This document shows positions 38,493-47,470 of a stretch of DNA of 64,000 bases, piece after piece. The notes beneath the pieces are model-generated. The model searched no databases, was not told where the DNA came from, and saw only the letters and a list, made by a program, of their open reading frames with translations. Location of the stretch: NCBI GenBank assembly GCA_965603825.1, contig CBFDEM010000027.1:434001-498000 (forward strand). The letters are read 5' to 3'. Numbering within the stretch: the stretch's first letter is position 1; the number at the start of each line of letters is the position of its first letter. The stretch is from Blepharisma stoltei ATCC 30299. Taxonomy: Eukaryota > Protista > Ciliophora. The position numbers and the translations under genes were made by a program.

Positions 38493-38954
38493 TTATTTAA
38501 CTTTTTTCTTTCCGAGTAGCCCGTCTAGTAGTTCATCAAGACTTAAAACTCCATCTCCATTTGTATCAAATTCTTCAATGATTGACTGAGCTTCTTCTTT
38601 AGTTAAGGGATCATCTCCTGTCATTAAAATCTCCATAAGTTCATTAGCATCAACATGACCATCTTCATTTTTGTCAAGTCTTTTAAATTGTGTTTTAACT
38701 TCCTCTTCAGTAACAACAGAGGTTTTAAGGCACTTAATATACACATTTTTGAACTCTTCTAGAGTAAGGCCACCTGTTTGATCTTCATCAAATTCTGCTA
38801 TAAATGCTCGGATTTCAGCTTCAGTTGGATTTAAGCCTAAACCTCTTAACCCATTCCCTAGTTCTTGAAAATCAAGAGTTCCACTCCCATCACGATCTAG
38901 AAGAGTAAAAATATCTTGACAGTCTTCCCACTCCTGTGCAGTTAGTTTGGCCAT
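38493..38954 (-). CDS. Calmodulin-like four-EF-hand protein (paralog 1)
   Basis: DRDGSGTLDFQEL, LGLNPTEAE, DKNEDGHVDANEL, DTNGDGVLSLDEL. Confidence 0.9.
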   Translation of the reverse strand: MAKLTAQEWEDCQDIFTLLDRDGSGTLDFQELGNGLRGLGLNPTEAEIRAFIAEFDEDQTGGLTLEEFKNVYIKCLKTSVVTEEEVKTQFKRLDKNEDGHVDANELMEILMTGDDPLTKEEAQSIIEEFDTNGDGVLSLDELLDGLLGKKKVK

Positions 38955-39016
38955 ATTAGTCTTAGAAAAATTATTATCTTTTAAGTTGAAAGTTTAAATA
39001 TTATCCTGGCCTATAT

Positions 39017-39469
39017 TTATTGACGTCCCAGCAGGCCGTTCACAAATTCATCAATGCTTAAAACTCCATCTCCATTAACATCAAAATCTGCAATAAGCGC
39101 ATCAGCTTCTTCTCTTGTCAAGGGCTCTTCTCCACCAATTAAAATATCCTTAAGCTCTCTTGCATCTAAAGTTCCATCTCCATTCTTGTCGAGTTTTTTA
39201 AATTGAGCTCTGATTTCTTCTTCAGTAACAGAAGAGGAGCTGAGACATCTTTGATAGACACTTTCGAATTCTTCTAAACTGAGACCATTGTTGCGGTCTC
39301 TGTCGTAATCTGCCATGTATTTACGAACTTCTCCTTCTGATGGATTTAGGCCAAGACCTCGTAAACCTTTCCCCAGCTCTCCAAGGTCAAGGATCTGGTT
39401 TTTATTATGATCTAAAAGGTGGAAAATATCTTGGCAGTCTTCTTCCTCTTGACTTGTTAGGCGAGCCAT
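39017..39469 (-). CDS. Calmodulin-like four-EF-hand protein (paralog 2)
   Basis: GLRGLGLNPSEGE, DKNGDGTLDAREL, DVNGDGVLSIDEF; collinear with the neighbouring gene. Confidence 0.9.
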   Translation of the reverse strand: MARLTSQEEEDCQDIFHLLDHNKNQILDLGELGKGLRGLGLNPSEGEVRKYMADYDRDRNNGLSLEEFESVYQRCLSSSSVTEEEIRAQFKKLDKNGDGTLDARELKDILIGGEEPLTREEADALIADFDVNGDGVLSIDEFVNGLLGRQ

Positions 39470-39620
39470 GTTATTATTTCTAACCGTTTAAAATTAGACT
39501 ATTAATAGTAAATCAATTTCTCCTAATGAAAAAAGCTATATTTCATGTGCTCAGTTTAATTAATTAAAAATAAAATGATTTTAACTTGGAGCTATTGGTT
39601 GACAGCATGATTGATTAAAT

Positions 39621-40307
39621 ATGGGAAATTCTTTATGCTGCCAAGATGTAGGGCGTTTTGTTGAAGCTAATAATGATATCGTAATTTACAAAGGAAGCGA
39701 CTTAAGAGACATATATGCTTTGTATCATCAAAGAATGAATGATGAAACAAGAGTTCTATATAAACAAGTAATTCGAGGAAATGCAGATGCAATAGAAAGA
39801 ATTCAAATTATATCCGCTGACTTAGATGACCCAGAATCTCGATTTTTAGGCTTTATATTAGCAGAATTATTTAATTTACAAAAGTTAATTTTGAAAGAAA
39901 ACAAACTCAGCTTTAATGGGCTTATGAATATTACAGTTGGTCTAGAAAATTGCTATGAGCTAAAAGTTCTTGTGATTTCTAGTAATCGAATAGGAAAAGA
40001 TGAACTAAAAGTGCTCTGCGAGTCTATTTCTTCACTAAAAAAACTTGAAAAAATAGAGTTAGCAGACAATGATCTTAATGATGAAGACATGAATATACTT
40101 ATGAAGACTCTGAGTGATTTTTCAGCTTTGAAGAGCCTTGATATCCATAAAAATAATATCAGCTATCGAGGATTATATCCACTTGCATCTGTTTTAAAGA
40201 ATCTCTCTGCTTTTGAAGAGCTTTCATTATCTGCAAACGATCTAACACATGACGAAATAGGAAAAATTACTACTTTAATACCCAAGATCAATATAATTAA
40301 TACTTAG
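39621..40307 (+). CDS. RNase-inhibitor-like LRR protein with MGNSLCC N-acylation signal
   Basis: LxxLxLxxNxL repeats at about 28-aa spacing; Gly2 plus a Cys pair. Confidence 0.85.
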   Translation: MGNSLCCQDVGRFVEANNDIVIYKGSDLRDIYALYHQRMNDETRVLYKQVIRGNADAIERIQIISADLDDPESRFLGFILAELFNLQKLILKENKLSFNGLMNITVGLENCYELKVLVISSNRIGKDELKVLCESISSLKKLEKIELADNDLNDEDMNILMKTLSDFSALKSLDIHKNNISYRGLYPLASVLKNLSAFEELSLSANDLTHDEIGKITTLIPKINIINT

Positions 40308-40491
40308 CTAGCTCTTAAATTAAAACTCTATCATTTACTATTAATCACTATTTTGCAAAAATTTTTATTTATACAGAACTTTTCCTATATTTTTCTCAAT
40401 AAAAATGCAATTTTTATAATAAAAAATAGGATAATAAATTTAGCGCTCTTTAACTAAAATACAATTTTATATATCAAAATGCTAATTATTA

Positions 40492-41292
40492 CTAAATTTG
40501 TTTCAGAGCGGAAAAAGGTCCTTGAAGATCTCTGAAGAAATCAGTTGGGTGATGAGGTGCTCTTTCTTTATGAGATACAGCATATTTTTTATCATCAGCA
40601 TTAAAGCTCTCATCACTGTCTACTGTTACACTATGGCCATTTGCATTGAACTGAACAGGCAAATGCTTTAAAAATCGTTTTTCTTTCAAAGAAATGTCGT
40701 GGGTAGTATTTGTTGAGCTTATGTCAAGCCCATTTAGCTTCAAGTATTGTTTCGATTTTGGAGAGAGTAAAGCAGTCTTTCATAGTTTGCAGGCTTCTGT
40801 GTCTCTCATTCCATCCTGCTTTAGCCTCATCCCAGCCTTTTTTGGCTGAACCCGGCCAATTTCATGCTTTGTAGTGGATTCTTCTTCAGCAATATCTTCT
40901 AAGGACCCTGACAGTTTTGAATTATTTTTAGATTCGTCAATATGCTTCATTACATTTTCTTCGTTAGGAGTCACTTCATTAGATTTCTCAATAATTTGGA
41001 CTTTCAAATGATCGCCTGGAAAAATCCCAATTTCTTCCAGAGTTGCATTAAAATCGAGGATTTCTAAATTTCCCCTCAGTAAAGCTAGATTATCGAGGTC
41101 AATTTTGGGGTATTTTGATGTGATTTCGTTAATTATATAAGAAACTGGCTTTTTGGAATGATAATCAAAGGTAAGCGAAAAATGTGGATTTTTGCAATTA
41201 ACTTTGATTTGCTTGATAACTTTTGGGGGCTCTTCTTGTGGTTTTGGTTTGGGTGGAGGGTTATTTTCTTTGGTTGCACAGCAATTTCCCAT
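40492..41292 (-). CDS. MGNCC-type N-acylated protein with ubiquitin-like domain
   Basis: ORFs 40780..41292 and 40492..40743 are in frame through TGA. IKVNC...LALLRGNLEILDFNATLEEIGIFPGDHLKV resembles a Ubl fold. Confidence 0.7.
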
Positions 41293-41408
41293 TTAATATA
41301 TTATTAACTATATTAGTCCTATTATGCCATATACTCAATATCTAATTGCATTAATTTTTGATGCTGCATTTTCCTTATTATTGACTTTTTTCTCAAATTT
41401 CTTTATAA

Positions 41409-42560
41409 ATGGACAAATCATTCGAAAAAGAATTGAATATTTTTAAAGAGAGATATATCTCACCCAAAAATAAAACTCTACAATCTCAGCAGAACCCTGA
41501 ATTTACTATTTATAGCCCTGTTCTCCGATATGAAACTACTCCAAGCCCGCTTCTAGATATGAAACTATCAAATCTTGAAGATAAAAAAGCGAACTCAAAG
41601 GCAGTGGCAAACTGTATAAGAGCGATTACAGATAAACTAGCTTATCTTGAAAAAGAAAACCAAGCTTTGAGAAGACAAATGATTGGAGGAAACCAGCAAG
41701 TGCAACAAGATAAGGAAAACCTCAGCAGAAGAATGGAAGAGGATCAACAAGCCTTAGAAAATGCGAAGAGAAAGATAATTGATTATGAAAATGAAATTAA
41801 AGGCTATAGGAATAAATTATTAGTGCTTGAAGATCAAAATAGGCAGCTAGCCTCAGAAAATGATCGAATTTTGCAAGAATCAAATGTATTGAAGAAAGAT
41901 TTAGAATATGAAACTTCAAAAACCCAGAAATTAGAAAATACGTTTAGCAAAATTAAAAGTGAAGTTAAAGAAAATGAAGAATGGAGCAGCAATATTGAGT
42001 CTGAAAACAGTCAGCTGAAAAAAGAACTTGAAGAGTCAAAAGCATTGAATTCACAGCTTCAAAAAGAAATTTCTTTATTCCAAGGATCAGATAAGCAAAA
42101 GAAAACATTTTTTGAAAGTCAGAAAGTAAAAGAGCTGGAATATAAGAATAAATTCTTACAAGATTTAGCTGATACCCAACAAAAAGAAATTGAGCAACTA
42201 AGGAAAGAAATAGAAATTTTGAGATCTACTGTAACCCAATTAGAAAACACAAAAGATTTACTAATGGAACAAAATTCTCAAAATGAGCAATACTTAAAAG
42301 ATATAACAGAAATACATGAGCATCGAAAAGAGAAGAAAAAGCCTGGAGAGTCCCATAATCATTTGAAAAAATCAGCTCACTCTCACAGCCATCACTCAAA
42401 AAAACAAGCAAATACCAGAAGTCTAGAAAAGGAAATTGAGGAAATCGATAGGAGATACCAGAGCTTAATGAATTCTCCAAAATTTTCGAAAGGAGATCTC
42501 AATCAGCTGTCTTTTTCAAAAGATAAAGCTGCACTAAATTCTTATAAGCCATTTAACTAA
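41409..42560 (+). CDS. Coiled-coil protein of unknown function
   Basis: 383-aa ORF ending TAA with a continuous heptad pattern. Confidence 0.75.
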   Translation: MDKSFEKELNIFKERYISPKNKTLQSQQNPEFTIYSPVLRYETTPSPLLDMKLSNLEDKKANSKAVANCIRAITDKLAYLEKENQALRRQMIGGNQQVQQDKENLSRRMEEDQQALENAKRKIIDYENEIKGYRNKLLVLEDQNRQLASENDRILQESNVLKKDLEYETSKTQKLENTFSKIKSEVKENEEWSSNIESENSQLKKELEESKALNSQLQKEISLFQGSDKQKKTFFESQKVKELEYKNKFLQDLADTQQKEIEQLRKEIEILRSTVTQLENTKDLLMEQNSQNEQYLKDITEIHEHRKEKKKPGESHNHLKKSAHSHSHHSKKQANTRSLEKEIEEIDRRYQSLMNSPKFSKGDLNQLSFSKDKAALNSYKPFN

Positions 42561-42571
42561 TATAATTAGCC

Positions 42572-43381
42572 ATGCCTTTAATTCTTCTTTGTGGAATCCC
42601 TCAATCTGGTAAAACACAATTTGCGCTTCAACTTAAACAATTTTTAGAGCAGCAGCAGCAATGGGAAGTAGTTCTTATCAATGAAGAATCTTTATCAATC
42701 AATAAAGCTGAAGCATATTCCTCATCATTTACAGAAAAAAATTTAAGGGCATTGATAAAATCAACTGTTGAGCGAGAGCTTTCACAGTCAAAAGTCGTGA
42801 TTTGTGACTCTCTGAATTACATTAAAGGTTACAGATATGAATTGCATTGCATTGTAAAAACAGTGAAAACTACACATTGCGTGGTCTATTTCGAGATCCC
42901 AGTAGATATCGCTTTACAAAGAAATCAAATTTATCCTCCAGAGTTACTAAGAGATCTAGCTAATAGGATGGAAGTTCCTCAAGAAAAAAATCGATGGGAC
43001 CATCCCTTGATTGTAATCCGTGAAAACCAGGAAATTTCATTTGAAGACATTTTAAACTCTCTTATCACAACAAGACAACTTCCAGATCCAGTTGCAACGA
43101 AAGGACAAAAAATTCAAGTTCCTGATTACGTGTATCAAGTCGATAGAGTCACTCAAAATACCATTGAATTTATCTTAAATGCACAAGAATTATACCCAGA
43201 AGGCTCAGAGGTGCCTATCCCAGACTCAACCCTTCTATACCCTTATTCCCAAAAGCTTACCTCTCTTCAGCTACGTAAAGCTCGAAAGCAGTTTTTACAG
43301 ATGAACAAACACATCCCTACAAATCTTGAAAGCATCCAAGAAGCGTTTCTTGAATATCTTAGAACGTCATTATCATTATAA
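42572..43381 (+). CDS. KTI12: KTI12 (Elongator-associated, PSTK-like P-loop protein)
   Basis: MPLILLCGIPQSGKT, EKNLR, DSLNYIKGYRYELHC, RME.P...NRWD.P. Confidence 0.93.
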   Translation: MPLILLCGIPQSGKTQFALQLKQFLEQQQQWEVVLINEESLSINKAEAYSSSFTEKNLRALIKSTVERELSQSKVVICDSLNYIKGYRYELHCIVKTVKTTHCVVYFEIPVDIALQRNQIYPPELLRDLANRMEVPQEKNRWDHPLIVIRENQEISFEDILNSLITTRQLPDPVATKGQKIQVPDYVYQVDRVTQNTIEFILNAQELYPEGSEVPIPDSTLLYPYSQKLTSLQLRKARKQFLQMNKHIPTNLESIQEAFLEYLRTSLSL

Positions 43382-43398
43382 ATAATTAGGCTAAGTTT

Positions 43399-43935
43399 TT
43401 AACTTATTTGACTGATAGCTCCTGCAGAAATAGCTTTGCCAGCTTGTCCGTCAACAAGACTTTCATCATTTCTCCCATATCCAAGATCATCAGGATTTTC
43501 ATGAATTGCAATGATTTTTCCAATAACAGAGAACTTCCCACTCAGTTTTATGTAAGGATCAGAAATTGTGTAGGCTCCTTCACCTTTTTCATCTCCTTTG
43601 ATATTTCCTATGTCTCCTACTTTTCGTTCTGTACTCCAGGGACCACCATGCTTTCTTGCAAATGGGTTAAAAATTTCAGCAGCTTGTCCATCTTTGGTAA
43701 GCTCATGAATTTGGAGACCATGGGATTTATTAGGGTTAAGACCAGTTGCCTTGATTTTGATTTCAGTGTTTAAAGTATAACGAGGCTGAAAGAACTCAGC
43801 TTCTCCAGAAACGAGATTTCCTGATAAACTTGCTTTAGCTTTTACTTCTGTATTGGCTCTTTCATTGGAGGATTTTAAAGTTGAAGAAGTAAACAAGAAA
43901 GTGAAGCCTGCAGCGATTCGAGTTAATACGGCCAT
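43399..43935 (-). CDS. Cu/Zn superoxide dismutase-fold protein lacking several metal ligands
   Basis: GL.PNKSHGLQIHE, FNPFARKHGGP..TERKVGDIGNI, IKLSG..SVIGK...IHENPDDLG, G.AG. Confidence 0.85.
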   Translation of the reverse strand: MAVLTRIAAGFTFLFTSSTLKSSNERANTEVKAKASLSGNLVSGEAEFFQPRYTLNTEIKIKATGLNPNKSHGLQIHELTKDGQAAEIFNPFARKHGGPWSTERKVGDIGNIKGDEKGEGAYTISDPYIKLSGKFSVIGKIIAIHENPDDLGYGRNDESLVDGQAGKAISAGAISQIS

Positions 43936-44000
43936 TTTATTTAATCCACTAATTAAAGCTTTTTCATTTCAAGGTTTACTTAAAATTTATATTGTATTCT

Positions 44001-45200
44001 TTATTTTTTGGTGCTTGGTGGCCTGTAGTCAAGCATATCAGAAGAAGTTTCTGAGTATTCATACTTTTTGTCAGGGTTGAAGCCCAGAGTGTCAAGATCT
44101 TTTCCATCATGGGTTTCAGTTCCATGACCTGCAGCTGCAGCTCGATGCTTCTCTACTGCTTCTTTGAATCCCCACCATGGCAAGATAAGGACTTCGTTAT
44201 ATACAGTTGTTCCTATAACAAGTAACGCGAATCCTATAAGTTGAAGCCACTCAAATTGTTCCCATCCTACAGCCATACTAAATACCCAAACAATGAGAGT
44301 CCTGCTTGTATCAATAGTTGATCTTGCAAGTGCGCTTGCGTATTTTGTCGTAGAAATCCCAGTGAAGTTGAAAAATGCGATGCTAAACATGGTTCCCCAC
44401 CAACAAAGCATAAGAATCCAGTTTGTGCCGATCTGGTAAAAAGCGTTGATTGAGTCCTCAACTCTTCCATGGGAGCATAAATTGTCGTTTGAGCATGGTA
44501 TGAAGTACATGACAGGTAATAAAATAAAGTAATAAATCAGCCCAGCAGATCCTTCAATACCAACTGCTTGCATTGGATGCACTGTGATCTTGCCTAAAAA
44601 TTTTTCTTCTGATACAAACACACCTCCAGCAAAGAATTGGCCCAAAATCAAGAAAATCATTCCTAGGATAGGACTTTTTGCAGAGCTTGACTCAAAGAGA
44701 ACAGCAGATATCCCGACAACGACCACACCTAAGAATGCAAAGCAAACTCCAAATACTTGATGCCTGTACAAAGTTCTTTTAAGAAAGACTATTGAGTATA
44801 TAGCTACGACGACTATAATAAACCCTCTTACCATTTGATATACAGAAGCTGCTGAAAGAACAAGACCAATAAACATCATAGTTGAACCACACGTATCGAA
44901 GAATGCTGGGATAAAGAAAATTAGCGGTCCAGCTTTAGCAACAAGACCCTCTTTAGGTGCTGCAGGCTTGGCCTGCACAAGATTTTGTGCAGCTGGGCTA
45001 GCTTTGCGTTTTTCATTCCATCTCATGATACCGAATGCGATTAAGCACATAAACTCCCCAGCAAACATTGTTGCACATTGAAAATATGGGTGTTCAAAAT
45101 CTTCAAGATCCATTGCTTTGGATATCAGTGTGTTTGCTGAGCCAAACGCCAGCATTCCAATCATTAAGGTATAGACGAAAACTCTACTTACTTGAGCCAT
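44001..45200 (-). CDS. SLC35F6-like drug/metabolite transporter
   Basis: FEHPYFQ...MFAGE..CL, ASVYQMVRG, EEK, VGIEG, SIAFFNF.G...TK..SA..R..ID..RT, GWEQF..LQ. Confidence 0.9.
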   Translation of the reverse strand: MAQVSRVFVYTLMIGMLAFGSANTLISKAMDLEDFEHPYFQCATMFAGEFMCLIAFGIMRWNEKRKASPAAQNLVQAKPAAPKEGLVAKAGPLIFFIPAFFDTCGSTMMFIGLVLSAASVYQMVRGFIIVVVAIYSIVFLKRTLYRHQVFGVCFAFLGVVVVGISAVLFESSSAKSPILGMIFLILGQFFAGGVFVSEEKFLGKITVHPMQAVGIEGSAGLIYYFILLPVMYFIPCSNDNLCSHGRVEDSINAFYQIGTNWILMLCWWGTMFSIAFFNFTGISTTKYASALARSTIDTSRTLIVWVFSMAVGWEQFEWLQLIGFALLVIGTTVYNEVLILPWWGFKEAVEKHRAAAAGHGTETHDGKDLDTLGFNPDKKYEYSETSSDMLDYRPPSTKK

Positions 45201-45535
45201 TTATTATTTCACCATGCTTTTAGATTTCCCTAATTTCTTATCTCATTCAATTAAAATAACAGTGGTTTGCGATAATAAAGCTAACTAACAAGCCGATATT
45301 TATGAGAAACTGGTGGTCGCATTTGCTAATTTTAAAAGAGAAAAAATTAAGACCAGCGGATAGATATTTTGATTTTTCTTTAAAATAAGGTAAATATAAC
45401 TGCTTTTTATTCTAATTATATTTTCACCATGATTATTGTTTATCAAAAATGCCGAATTCTGCTTTCAAAGCTTCAGTATAAAAATTTCTGCTTTATGATG
45501 CAAAATTTATAAATTTGATGTATTAATTATCTAAA

Positions 45536-45596
45536 CTTGCTCTATCCTCAGAAGTCACTAAACTTTAAGTAACCCCTTCACATAGATATTGAGAAG
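45536..45596 (-). promoter_or_regulatory. Putative SECIS element in the 3' UTR of the SelW-like gene
   Basis: mRNA 5'-UAUCUAU GUGAA GGGGUUACU UAAAGUUU AGUGACUUC UGAG GAUAGAG-3': UGAA/UGAG non-Watson-Crick core, 9-bp upper helix with three or more G-U pairs, AAA in the apical loop, lower helix UAUC/GAUA. Confidence 0.8.
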
Positions 45597-45857
45597 TTAG
45601 AAATACTTTCTTACTGCCTCTACAATTTCCATAGGTGCGTGTCTTGGGAAAAAGTTTCCTCCTTTTCTGTTGATGACCGTAATTGATTGTCCATTGATGA
45701 TAACGTCCACTTTGAGTTGGGTCATTTCTCCTGGAATGCACTCTATTTGAGAGTCTCGCAGATTTAATTCTTGTATTAAAGCTTGTTTGGTTAAATTGAC
45801 TTTACTCCAGTAGCCTCAAGATCCACAAATCCATACCCGAACCTTTTTACTTTCCAT
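45597..45857 (-). CDS. SelW-like / Rdx-family selenoprotein, 86 aa (codon 14 TGA = Sec)
   Basis: MESKKVRVWICGS[TGA]GYWSKVNLTKQALIQEL...IECIPGEMTQLKVDVIINGQSITVINRKGGNFFPRHAPMEIVEAVRKYF-TAA. CxxU-GY matches the SelW signature, and a SECIS-like hairpin follows immediately downstream. Confidence 0.85.
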
Positions 45858-46039
45858 ATTGTTGGTAGGGTATGATTATAATTAGGGCTTTTAATATGAT
45901 TTGGCGATTCCTATTTAAGGGAAATTATGATTTAAAAATATTGTTAAAATACTTATGCAGAAATCCAGGTCAAGAGTTTTAAATTTATTTAAATTCAAGT
46001 TTATAATAATCTTAATTCATATTTTACGCATAAATCGTA

Positions 46040-47110
46040 TTATAAAGCTACTACTTCTATGTTATTATGTTGGCTCTTTTCTAAAACTTTTTCTTTATTT
46101 TTTCCATTGTCTTTATCAATAAAAACTTCAATATTCAAATGCTCAATAACTCCGCTCAAAATTTCATGGGTCTTTTGTATTATGACTGATGGATCAGAAC
46201 CTTCATGGATTGAAAGTTTGATGGCACCTACAAGCGAATTTGCAGTGAGCATCCAGACTTTTTCAGATTTTATTGACTGAACACCTTCAATCAATGAAAC
46301 TTCTCTTTCTTTTTTCACTAATAAATCCTTAGCCTTTCCTAATGGTGATTTGAGCAATAAAATATTCCCATTCCTGAATAAATAAGGCTTCAGCATGAAA
46401 ATTGTGCTGATTGTTCATAGAGAATTTAATAGAGGCTCTATGCAATAAAATGGAAAAATCGCCTCTTCCAAATTGAGAAATGTACTTATTAAGTACAGAG
46501 ATTCACTCACAAAGGCACTAAAGCACTGTATTGCAATAACGCCTAAGTTATCATAGATAGGAGGCCTGTTGCCATTATTATCCATAAACTTTCGTATGTT
46601 GACATATATAAAAGCTTCAAATATCACTTTAAAAAATAGTAAAAATAGTGAGTCAGTGCCTGTATGAGCTCTAGGGCCATTTGCTAGCTCATGCATTGAT
46701 TCTAATAGTTCAAAAATCCCAATAAAAAACCCAAAAATAGCATTTCCAAATGCTACAACAATTTGTGTTCGATCATAGCCAAATGTGCATTTTTTATCTG
46801 GCTTATCATGGTTCAAACCATAGGCTAAACCAATCAATCCAGCGTAGACACTAAGCCCATGGAACCCGCTGCGAAATCCATCAGATACTAAACGACTATC
46901 ACTGTTAAATGTCCCACTTGCAATTTCGAATATGCATGATCCAATTAAAACACATACAAATGTAATCAATAGTTTGCCTTCGGGGTGATTCCATGCTTTA
47001 GCTGCATAAGTAAAAGTTCATGTAAAGGATAAAGCATCACCATGATGGTGGTGATGGTGATCGTGCCCATGACCGTGCCCATGTCCATGATCGTGCTTGT
47101 GCTCAGTCAT
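46040..47110 (-). CDS. Cation diffusion facilitator (ZnT/SLC30-like) with His-rich N-terminus
   Basis: ATG 47110: MTEHKHDHGHGHGHGHDHHHHHHG...; in frame through two TGAs. Motifs: L.SDGF, TFGYDR.Q...AFGNA, ILLLKSP, and a C-terminal domain (IEGV....KVW.L..N..VG.IKL). Confidence 0.85.
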
Positions 47111-47470
47111 ATTTATCTGCAAATGCCTTACAAAATTAAATTATTAGTAAGAAACACATGGAAATTAGCTTATACAATTTTAGTTTGCCGATATATTATA
47201 TAATTTGACGCTGAGTTCCTGAGCAGGACCTTTATTATTGCCTTCATTTTCTTTTTGTTTTAAGTTTCATTATAAGAAGAAAATTCAAAGGTCAATGGAA
47301 CTATCCACATGCAACCTATCATAAAAACTAATAGTTAAGAGGATATATTTCTCTATATTAATGATGCCAGGGATATTAGATTTTAAATATTCCCTCTAAA
47401 AAATCAAACTAGCCAATAAGCTCCATGCCACCAGTTGTTTGCAAATATGAAGTAATAAAATTAGAACTCT

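Noticed and set aside
42572-43381. P-loop protein near the selenoprotein gene could be PSTK (Sec pathway)
   Set aside because: The MPLI start, DSLNYIKGYRYELHC and NRWD.P motifs are characteristic of KTI12; proximity is probably coincidental.
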